From positions 20,956,001 through 21,020,000 of the forward strand of contig OZ024752.1 of the NCBI GenBank assembly GCA_964016885.1: DNA of 64,000 bases. The letters run 5' to 3'. Both the position numbers and the translations under genes were made by a program. The stretch's first letter is position 1. The number at the start of each line of letters is the position of its first letter. The notes beneath the pieces were generated by a model. The model was not told the DNA's origin and did not search any database. It saw nothing but the letters and a program-made list of their open reading frames with translations. Shown here piece by piece: positions 1 to 10,129 of this stretch. The DNA comes from Eledone cirrhosa. Taxonomy: Eukaryota.

Positions 1-1100
1 GAAAAACTCAAGAGAGAGAAAATACTATATAGAGAGAGGGGGAGACAACTTTACGTCATGTCATATTAAGTTGAGTTAACAATTTATATGAAATGAATAA
101 TAAAAATATAAATATCAATATTCATGAATGGGACATAGATATATAATATGAGAAAATAACATTGTTCAATAATGACCATATGTTTAGTTTAAAAACTTGA
201 GATCAATATACCAAAATCTGAGTTAAATCTTTCAAAAAGTACCCTATTTATAAAAATCAGGATACAAATATGTATATATATATACACACATATGTACGTC
301 CTGAAAATAGAAATTATGTCTACTCAAGCCAATAATATAGACGCACAAAGCGCAAATGATTTCACTTGATCACTGTTATACACTCCTTGTGTTATAAAAA
401 GTTCACAGTATATATACATAAATATACGATTAATATTCATGTCCTCATATATACAATTACCGTTCATGTATTTAATATCATGCATATCTGCAACATACAT
501 CACATATACACACACACATATATACACATACATATGTATAAATAAATATCTGCGTGAGTCCTCCAGCATCGCTCATGTATATATACAGACATATATACAA
601 ACACATAAATAGACCCTATAACACTTTTATATGCATGTTAATACACACATAAGGCATTTGTATAGAGATAATCAAATATCAATATATTAATATAGAAATA
701 TCAAAGCATTAATTACCTTTAAAACACTATAGAGTATCTCAAGTTAAAATAATGTTTTATATATTTAGTATAGAAATTTATCCTACCTATATCTCAAACA
801 AGATATTGAAAGGGTAGACTTATGAAAGTTATTAGAAGCTATCAGAGTCAAAACAAATAAAAAAATAAAAATAATCTAAAAGATTTAGAAGACCCAGTGA
901 TTCTACGGATAACCTTATATTTAGTATAGAAATTTATCTTACGTATATTTTATTTAATACATTGGGAGCATATACATTTTAGAGTAGTTTATTATATCCT
1001 TGTTTATATTTAGGAAGAAAGTTTAAAATGAAAAAGGTGAAGGAATCTAATGATTTATCGACAGGTTTCATATATTAACTAAATTTCTTAATTAATTATA

Positions 1101-2914
1101 CTACATTTTAAATTTATATTTATATTTAAACGTTGAGTTCAATCTATGTCTGCAGCAACTGAATAAATTGCTCCTTAAATTAAGGGAATTTTTGGACTTT
1201 AATATAAAGAATATTTCTTCTATACAAAGATCACAATTTTCTGAAGAGGAATTAAAAGGAGTAGCTTTTGAAATAATATTCCAATTCATCGAATATTTAA
1301 TATTATCTCGTTTAAGGTGCCAGAGTAGGCTAGATAGCGAAGTTGAAGATTTTTTGTTTGGATCTGTGAAAGAATTCTTATGATTATTGAAGCGAAGTTT
1401 AAATTCTGTCGAGGTGGAACCAACATAGTTGAAAGAATTTAAATTAGTTTTAACATTACAATTGTATACTACATTTTTAGCTAAGCAGTTGTTATTTAAC
1501 GGACAGTTAGATTTATTTCTACAGTTACAGTTATTTAATTGAATATTGTTTGGGTTATTATTGGTATTTTGGTTAGGTTTAAATTCCTATTATTAATTCT
1601 ATTAATATTTTGTGCTAAATTTTTGGTGGACGAGTAAGTTAATTTTATAGTGTGTCTATTAAAAATTGAGTAATATTTATGTGTTCTATGGAAGCGTTTG
1701 TCAAGAGCATTAAAGAATAGTTTAGCAATATGGGTTTTAATATTTAGTGAGAAGGGGGGGGGGGGGCAAACCATAATATATTTCTAGTTCTATTTCTTTT
1801 TCGGCTTTTGGAATTATTGTAATGTTTTCTATTATAGTTGTTAAAGTTGTTACCGTAATTGAAATTGTTATTATTTTGGTTAGTTTGCTTATTATTATTA
1901 TCGATGTATTTAATTTTATCTCTATATCCTGCTCTACCTAACGCTTCATTGTAATACTGCGCTTTTTCATCAAAAATATTTTTATTATGTGAAATTCTTG
2001 AAATTCGTTCTTGAACAGAGTTCACTATAGTATTTTTAACAGATCTGGGGTGATTAGAGTTAAAATTGACATAATTCAAGTTCTCATTTAGTTTGTGAAA
2101 TGGATAATGAAGACATGTGTTGAGATTTAGTGTTACATCCAGAAAATTGACTATTCTATGGTTATTCTCTATTTCTATTTTTAGATTAAGGTAATTAAAA
2201 AATTGTATAATTTGTTTTCTTTTTCTATTTAGTTATCCAGCTATTATTTTCAATAAGTAAAAGCATGTCATCACGATATAATCCTCCGGTTACACCTGGT
2301 ATTTTTCTATGTAGCAAATTAATTATAAATAGGCCCACAAGGTCCGTTACCTGAGCTGAGTCTGATGATCCCATAGTTATGTCGAAATTATTATCTCTAT
2401 CTGCCCTAGTCCAGAGTTGGTTATTAAATTCTATCAATGTTTTCCTTGCCGATAATATAATGTGCATTTCATTGCTAGTTAGGTCAGTATGTTTAAATGC
2501 GTAATTTAGTGCCTTATTCAGTAGATTAGGAGTGATAGATGAATAGTAGTTAGCAATATCCAGCTGAATAAACTTATTATTATAGTTATATTTAATTTCT
2601 TTAAACCACTCAATAACCTCACCAGTCCCCTTCCATAACTTTAAGTAAGGTAAATTAGGTAAGTTTTTAATTTGTTGTATTACCCTGTCTAGAATGTTTT
2701 TGCTAAGTTTTCCCAGGTCAGATTTAGATGGTGCAATCAATCTGACTGGCAAATCATTTTCAAAGTTTCTTTTGTGATCTTTCATATTGATCTTGGGTTT
2801 CCTAGGCATAAAGGGTTGTGTTTTATTCTCAATGTCTAATTCATGCATTATACAAGATGCCTCTGTATTCATTTTTTCCAGTTCGTCCTTACTTGCTACC
2901 TTGTACTTTTTCAT
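1101..2914 (-). pseudogene. Disrupted PLE RT-GIY-YIG ORF
   Basis: KDHK, PVRLIAPSKSDLG, QLDIANYYSSI, FDITMGSSDSAQVTDLVG, GGLYRDD, SNHP, CDLCIEE..NLRSNLFSCCRH; split by stops and frameshifts over several ORF-track entries. Confidence 0.9.
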
Positions 2915-2966
2915 ACGTCAAAATTATTTATACGTCAAAATTATTTATAAAACTGTTTATATATTG

Positions 2967-3031
2967 TATTTTGTCTGATGAAGGCATACCGTATTTTAAT
3001 TTGGTATCCCTGAAATATGTATAATGAAATA
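2967..3031 (+). ncRNA. Type I hammerhead ribozyme (family D)
   Basis: tattttgt-CTGATGA-aggcatacc..ggtatccct-GAAA-tatgta-TA-atgaaata. Confidence 0.75.
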
Positions 3032-3143
3032 ATACAGATGCCTCTGTATTCATTTTTTCCAGTTCGTCCTTACTTGCTACCTTGTACTTTTTCATACGTC
3101 AAAATTATACGTCAAAATTATTTATAAAACTGTTTATATATTG

Positions 3144-3208
3144 TATTTTGTCTGATGAAGGCATACCATATTTTAATTTGGTATCCCTGAAATATGTATA
3201 ATGAAATA
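3144..3208 (+). ncRNA. Type I hammerhead ribozyme, tandem duplicate of 2967-3031 (period 177 bp)
   Basis: Same motif; the duplicated unit spans the ORF/inversion junction. Confidence 0.75.
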
Positions 3209-3335
3209 AATATGGTTTTATAAATATAGTTTCCATTTATTAATATCGTATATCTACTCCCAAAACTTGTCGAGTGCTTTATATCAGTTATAAAATATTT
3301 ACTTGTTGTATCCCAACAATTTTAAATAGAACTTT

Positions 3336-3400
<65 letters not shown>

Positions 3401-3404
<4 letters not shown>

Positions 3405-3651
3405 TGGGCTGGGTGCTTTTCGTCAAAACACCTACACGACCACTTTAGAGTCTGGACTGGGTGCTTTTTGTCGTGATACCTACACGACCACTTTATTGTG
3501 TGGGCTGGCTGCTTTTTGTCATGACACCTACACGACCACCTTACAGTGTGGGCTGGGTGCTTTTTGTCGTGATACTTACACGACCACTTTATTGTGTGGG
3601 CTGAGTGCTTTTTGCCGTGATAGTTACAAGACTATTTTACAGTGTGGGCTG
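3401..3651. repeat. 60-bp minisatellite, about 4 copies
   Basis: Unit like agtgtgggctgggtgctttttgtcgtgatacctacacgaccactttac recurring at about 60-bp spacing, flanked by (TA)n. Confidence 0.85.
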
Positions 3652-3896
3652 TATATATATATATATGTATATATATGTATATATGTCGTTTCTGAATTTG
3701 TTTAGCAAGATTCTTTATCTGAAAACGTGTGTTGAAACCGATATTGTTATGCTTTGGGAGGGTCATGTTGCCAGTAAGAAACACACGCACCAGTTGCTTT
3801 CACTCCAATTTATTATAAATTAAATTTATAAATTTAAGAATTTATAAATTTCCAGTTGGTTGGTTGGTTTCACAACCGGGCGGTTGTTCATATATT

Positions 3897-3939
3897 GTCA
3901 AAGTTCTTTCGTCACACATTCTGTGACCTCTTCAGTGAC
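3897..3939 (-). ncRNA. Minimal hammerhead ribozyme of the Naiad-like element
   Basis: gtca-CTGAAGA-ggtcac-agaatgt-gtgac-GAAA-gaac-TT-tgac. Confidence 0.65.
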
Positions 3940-4125
3940 TGGGGATTCTTCTTTTTGTTTTGTGCCTCTCCTTTGTTCTTTCCTACGCCATCTTGTTTTT
4001 GTGTGTGTTGTGTGCTTAGTTTGCGCATGTGTTACATCTGGGTGCCTGTGTGTGTTTTTATTTGTTTATTTACATGTTACTGGTTGGTTGTTTGTTCTAT
4101 GTGTGTGTGTGTTTTCATTTTGTCC

Positions 4126-5380
4126 TTAATTGTAAGTTGTGATGTTGCTGTTCCAATCATGTTTTCTATTTAATTTTGGTTGGAGTTCATTTATGTTTAT
4201 TGCCTCTGTGATTTGTCTAAACATTGCGTCTTTTCTGTGTGCAGATTCTATTTTTATTTCCATGTTCTCTAATTTGCCCTTATGTTCTATTTTAGCATGT
4301 TGGTGGAGTACTGATGAATTTTTTTTTTTTTTTCATCTTGAAGCTCTCGCCAGTGTTCATTTAACCGTTCTCCTATACTGCGAGCTGTCTCACCCATGTA
4401 CATTATATTCTTATCTTTACATTGTCCTTCAGTACATCTTATGCTATATACTACATTTATAGTTTTACAGTTAATATGGGGGCTTAGTTTACAGATTATG
4501 CATTTCTTATCTATACAGGGAGGTCTTTGAAAAGGGTATGTATTACTAATAAATGTTTTTATGGAGTTACCTGGTCTTTCTACTATCTTAATATTAAGTT
4601 TAAGTTTATCTAGGGCCCTTCTAAATTTGTAAGCTAATTCACCTCTAGGGGTTGTATTGATGAACATTACACTCTGGTATTTATTGCTATCATACCATGA
4701 GTTTATTCTATCAACCTTATTCCTAGTTCTTTCTATTCTATTCCAAAATTTGCTCCTATACAAGGGGCAGGTCCCATTTGTATCATTATTTACCATTTTT
4801 TCCCATTTGGTTCTGGCTCCTCTGTATACTCTGATTTTTATCTCTCTGATTGTAACAAGAGAACTGCATACGGTGGATGAAGTGTTGTATGTGTCTCTCT
4901 AGTTCTTTGGGGTTGCACATGCGGGACACATTTCTCATCACCCGTACCAAATCCGCAATCAGTATGTTGATTTTGGTGTGATCCGAAACAGCTGAGTTTC
5001 GGTGGATCAGATACTTGGAAGTCATGGGTTTGGCATAAAGGGAATGGAGGATTTGTTTTTTGTTTTAATGGTTTCTAACCAGAGCTCTGTGTCTAGTACA
5101 GGTAATCGATGGTTGGGGTGTTTGCTTGGGTAGTCTATAGTAACTCTAATACTCTGGTGGATGGAGTTAGCTATTTGCTGGATGCTTTCCATGGTGTTTT
5201 TCTCTAATTCCTGACTGTTCTCTAGTGGGGGTGTTTTTACTACAATGTTTATATCATCAACGTAGCGGGAGTACATTATCAGGGTTAAGAGGCTGTCTTC
5301 TAATTGTTCTTTAAGTTTAAGTTTATTGTCCCACCATACCATGAATAGGTTAGCTATGCCACCTGCAATGCTAACACCAA
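4126..5380 (-). pseudogene. Naiad-like RT-GIY-YIG ORF remnant
   Basis: ORF-track pieces 5022-5342, 4786-5025 and 4287-4796 join by frameshifts into a colinear PLE protein ending ..LNRKHDWNSNITTYN*. Confidence 0.8.
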
Positions 5381-6781
5381 TGTATAATAAATAACATTGA
5401 AATAAGGTAGAAAGATGGGTATATTTTTAAAGAAATATATATGTATATATATATGTGTGCCTTTGAGAAAAGGATTTTAAATTGATAAAGTATTAGATAT
5501 TAGCTGTATATTTTATGGAATGTTCTGTGGAATTTATGCAAGCAGAGAGAAAACAAGTCAGTGCGTCTATTTATTATAGAATCTAAATTAGATATAATGG
5601 TATCTAATTTAGATTCTATAATAAATAGACGCACTGACTTGTTTTCTCTCTGCTTGCATAAATTCCACAGAACATTCCATAAAATATACAGCTAATATCT
5701 AATACTTTATCAATTTAAAATCCTTTTCTCAAAGGCACATATATATATACATATATATTTCTTTAAAAATATACCCATCTTTCTACCTTATTTCAATGTT
5801 ATTTATTATACATTATATAATACTAGTTACTCATTCTATATCACTCCTATTTATCACTTCCCTTTCTTTCTTTTTTCCTTTTTTCTTTTCTTTTTTTCTT
5901 TTTCTTTTAATTTCTAACCCCTAATCTGTACCTTTTCTTCCTAGATACTTCTCAATTATCATTGTGCCTAACGTAGAAACAATTATTACACAGCCCAATA
6001 TATTCTTACTTTATATCACCTTGAAAAAATCCTTCGCAAACATAAACATTTTTTTGACGTTAGATTATTCATCCTCAATTCATTATTTTTTCTCCCTTTC
6101 ATGCTCATCTAACTTATACATATTACACTTATTCATCCAATCTTCTACTTCTTTCACAATATATCCTTACTTACATTACTATTGCTATATTTTTATATTT
6201 TTTTAATAATACATATCAACAATTTCTTTCCATCGCACATATTATTAAACCCTTAAATATTATTCTTAATACATATTAACAATTTCTTTTCATCGCACAT
6301 ATTATTAAACCCTTAAATATACAAACCTTAACTTAACATTATTCTAAATTTTTCTCTTCGTTAATTTTCAAATTCTTTTAATTTATATATTATCTTCCAA
6401 CGGTTTTTCAACCTCTCTATGTAAAACAATATATTTTTCTCAGTTATAAAAGCTATCTCTCTCTATATATATCACCCGTCTCTCCTCCTATCTCATCCTT
6501 CCTCATTATACTCCTCCCCCTCCACTTTTTACTCTCATCTCCTCCTCTTTTTCATCCTTTCCACACACCCCTCAAAATCCCCCCCCCCCATATCACACAT
6601 CAATCTAAAAGTACTTTTCATATGTTGATTTAAAACTGCACTATTCACAAGTGTGTTTTAAACTTCATATCATGTCTCCCTATTTTATCTGACGAAAACG
6701 CAAATGTTATTGCATGATGATATTTGTTTTTGAAATGCGCGTAATAGAATACATGGAACTCTTTTAACCATCTTTTGATCT

Positions 6782-6790
<9 letters not shown>
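5381..6790 (+). mobile_element. 3' fragment of a family A-related PLE (A') with fold-back 5' inversion (5381-5594 / 5601-5812)
   Basis: Encodes ISNLDSIINRRTDLFSLCLHKFHRTFHKIYS*, nearly identical to the family A C-terminus; homologous 3' UTR and HHR; ends gatcttatatatta-(TA)n. Confidence 0.85.
6681..6751 (+). ncRNA. Type I hammerhead ribozyme (A')
   Basis: tattttat-CTGACGA-aaacgc..gttttt-GAAA-tgcgcg-TA-atagaata. Confidence 0.75.
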
Positions 6791-6838
<48 letters not shown>

Positions 6839-6961
6839 GGAGGTGAGTTTTATTGTAGTACAATAAAGCAATGCAGATATCGGATAAGAAGCACTCTACA
6901 GTTTGTGGGACTGGAGTATGCATAATATAAGATCAAAAGATGGTTAAAGGAGTTCCATATA

Positions 6962-7028
6962 TTTTATTATACGCATTTCAAAAACAAACATCATCAAGCA
7001 ATAATATTTGTGTTTTCATCAGATAAAA
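6962..7028 (-). ncRNA. Type I hammerhead ribozyme (family A, inverted arm)
   Basis: Reverse complement of the 13537-13603 motif, with stem III tgcgta instead of tgcgca. Confidence 0.75.
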
Positions 7029-8042
7029 CAGGAGAACATGATATGAAGGCTAAAAAACACTTGTGGATAGTGCAGTTTTAAATCAACATATGAAAAGTGG
7101 TTTTAGATTGATGTGTGATATTGGGAAAAATATTTTATTTAGAGAGGGGGGGGGGGGGAGGATGAAAGGGGAGGAGATGAGAGGGAGAGATGGGTGATAG
7201 AGAGAAAGAGATAGTTTTTATAACTGAGAGGAGATATATTTTTTACATAGAGAGGTTGAAAACCGTTGGAAGATACTGTATAAATTAAAAATTTTGAAAA
7301 TTAACGAAGGGAGGATATGTGCGAGGAAAAATATTTTATTTAGGGAGGGGGGGTGGAAAGGATGAAAAAAAGGGGGGAGGAGATGAGAGTGAAGGTGGAG
7401 AGGGAGAGATGGGTGATAGAGAGAAAGAGATAGTTTTTATAACTGAGAAAAAGATATATTGTTTTAATATAGAGAGGTTGGGAACCGTTGGAAGATAATG
7501 TATAAATTAAAGGAATTTGAAAATTAACGAAGGGAAATTATGTATGAAGATAGAGAGAGAAAAATAATAATTGTGGGTGAATATTCTAACGTCAAAAGAA
7601 GAAATGTATGTATTGTGGCAATTTCAAAATTAGCGAAGAGAAAAATTGTTAAGGTTTGTGTGTAGAAGGATTTGAGAAAAATAATGTGAAGTTAAAGTTT
7701 GTATATTGGTTGAATTGATGATATGTGCGAATAAAGAGTTAATATGTATTAATAATGAGTTCGTTGATGGGGAGAAAAAAATAATAATAAATTAAGGATG
7801 AAATTGAGATTAAAAAGATTTATGATAGAGAGAAAAAATAATAATGATTGCGGATGAATATTCAAATGACAAAAACAAAAACAAATGTTATGATTTTACG
7901 AGAAGATAGAATGAGGGTAATGAGTAAACGAGTATTATAGAGTGTATAATGCCCTTTAAAGTAAGGTAGATGGGTATATTTTAAAGAGGTGTATGTATAT
8001 GTGCCTTTGAGAAAAGATTCTAAATTGATAAAGAATTGAATA

Positions 8043-9883
8043 TTAACTGTATACTTTGTGAAAAGTTCTATGGAATTTATGCAGGCAGATAGAAAACAAA
8101 TCTGAGCGTCTATTTATTATAGAATCTAGGTTAGAGATAATGGTAAATTTTTCATTTAGGCAGAGATTACAGATTTTAGATAGAGAGCTGTTCAAGTATG
8201 AGGATGCAGAAGAAATCTTCTTCCAAAAGATGGTATATTTAATGTTTTTGTCTTTTAAGGACCATATGAGTTCTGAGAGAGCAGTGTTAGTTCTTTTAAG
8301 TTTGTATTTGAAAGATGAATGATGATTATAGAGACGAGCTTTAAAAGAGGTGGAAGTGGAGCCAAAATAGGTGAAGGAATTGGTGCTAGTTATAATTTTA
8401 CATTCATAAATTAAGTTTTTATCGAGGCAATGGTTGTTGAGAGGACATTTATTTTTAATGCGGCAGTTGCAATTAGAGAGATTATTAATGAGTGATCTAG
8501 TGTTATCTATAGAAGGAATTGGATTGGAGAAGTTGTTTGCGATAGGAATAATAGGAATAATAGTTTCTTGATTTAGAGTTGGATTATGAACATTTAGCGA
8601 AGTTGTGTTTGACGTTGTATTTGGGTTTACAGAAGTTAGCCTAGGGTTTACAATGACGTCGGGAGTACTATTACTGTTATTATGAAATTCAATATTGGAA
8701 GGAAGAGATTTAGTATTTAATATTTTGTTGTTGTGTTTAGAGATGATGTTGGAAATATTGGAGGATGTAGAATACGAAAATTTGATGGTGTGTTTGTTAA
8801 ATATTTTACTATAGATATGTGAGGGAGGGAAGCATTTATTTAAGGCACTAAAAAATAATTTAGGAATATTGTTATTAATAGAGATGGAGAAAGGAGCATT
8901 ATACCAGATTATGTTTTTGTATCTAGGTCTTTTATTAAAATTATTGGAATGGTTATGATTAATTATTCTACTGTAAGTTTTTCTAGAATTTGTTTCTTTA
9001 TTATATTTGATTTTATCTGGATAGCCGGCTTTAGAAAGTGCGTTATTATAGTAATTGGCGTTAGCATCAAAGATGTTTTTATTAGAAGATATGTTAGATA
9101 TTCTATTTCCAATATTATTAACTATAGCATTCTTGATATTGGTAGGATGGTTAGATTTAAAGTTAACATAATTAAGGTTCTCATTGTTTTTATGGTAAGG
9201 GTAATATAGGCCAGTGTCAAGATTAAGAGATACATCCAAGAAATTAGCTAGTTTGATACTATTATCAAATTCAATTTTTAGGTTATGTTGGTTAAAGAGA
9301 TTACGTATATTGTTCTTAATAATATTAAGTTTAACTATATTGCAATTTAGGATAGTAAAGAGTCCATCGTCACGATAAATTCCACCGCGAAGTTGAGGAA
9401 TTTTCCGACTCAAAGAGTTCAAAATGAAGATACCAATTAAATCAGTCAATTGGGATGAATCGGATGTGATGTCGAAGTTGTTAGAGGTATCGGCTCTGGT
9501 CCAATATTCGTTGTTGAACTCTAGGATGGTTTTACGTGCGGTGAGGATGATGTGAAGTTCATCTGTGGTGATGTCAGAATATTTAAGTGCGAAAGATAGA
9601 GCATTATTGAGAAGTGAAGGCGAAATGGAGGAATAGTAGCTGGCAATATCAAATTGAATACATTTTAGTTTGTTTTTATTATCCAATTTGTTGAACCAGC
9701 CAATCACTTCAGAAGTACCAAACCATAAATTTAGGTTTAAAGAAGAGCAATTAGAACTAACCTGTGGGATAATCCTATCCAAGATGGCTTTACTAACAAC
9801 CCCCAGATCAGATTTAGAGGGGGCGATTAATCTAACAGGTAGTTCAGTACGAAAATTGTTTTTGTGATCCTTGAGATTTATCC
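8043..9883 (-). pseudogene. 5'-truncated inverted copy of the family A ORF
   Basis: ORF-track translation 8043-9782 matches the C-terminal part of 10070-12523. Confidence 0.9.
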
Positions 9884-9938
9884 AGATTTTACTGCACTAT
9901 CCACAAGTGTTTTTTAGCCTTCATATCATGTTCTCCTG

Positions 9939-10005
9939 TTTTATCTGATGAAAACACAAATATTATTGCTTGATGATGTTTGTTTTTGAAATGCGCATAA
10001 TAAAA
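9939..10005 (+). ncRNA. Type I hammerhead ribozyme in the upstream pLTR of family A
   Basis: ttttat-CTGATGA-aaac..tttt-GAAA-tgcgca-TA-ataaaa; palindromic stem III. Confidence 0.8.
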
Positions 10006-10129
10006 TATATGGAACTCTTTATTGTACTACAATAAAACTCACCTCCTACATTAACTTGCTCCTTAACGGTTGAGCGCTTACTCTCATATTGGATACCTTT
10101 TGATGGTCCTTCACCTCTTCTTCTACAAC

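Larger units (their letters stand above)
1..3338 (-). mobile_element. Hydra-clade-like PLE (family D), 5'-truncated, with an inverted HHR-bearing terminal segment at 2915-3338; the 3' UTR runs off the window start
   Basis: Minus-strand RT and GIY-YIG peptides 1101-2914; plus-strand HHRs at 2967 and 3144; ends in (TA)n at 3339. Confidence 0.8.
3686..5380 (-). mobile_element. Naiad-like PLE, 5'-truncated and frameshifted
   Basis: IGVSIAGGIANLFM, YSRYVDD, LPVLD, CPLYR, CxxxxCxxC linker, VVYSIRC..YMGETARSIGERLNEH GIY-YIG; 3' end abuts (TA)n. Confidence 0.8.

Noticed and set aside
3401-3651. CRISPR-like array
   Set aside because: Whole 60-bp units repeat with no unique spacers, and the context is eukaryotic.
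4287-4520. Selenocysteine recoding, reported for some Naiad PLEs
   Set aside because: The conserved cysteines of the linker and endonuclease read as Cys in the ORF track; the disruptions are frameshifts, not in-frame TGA.
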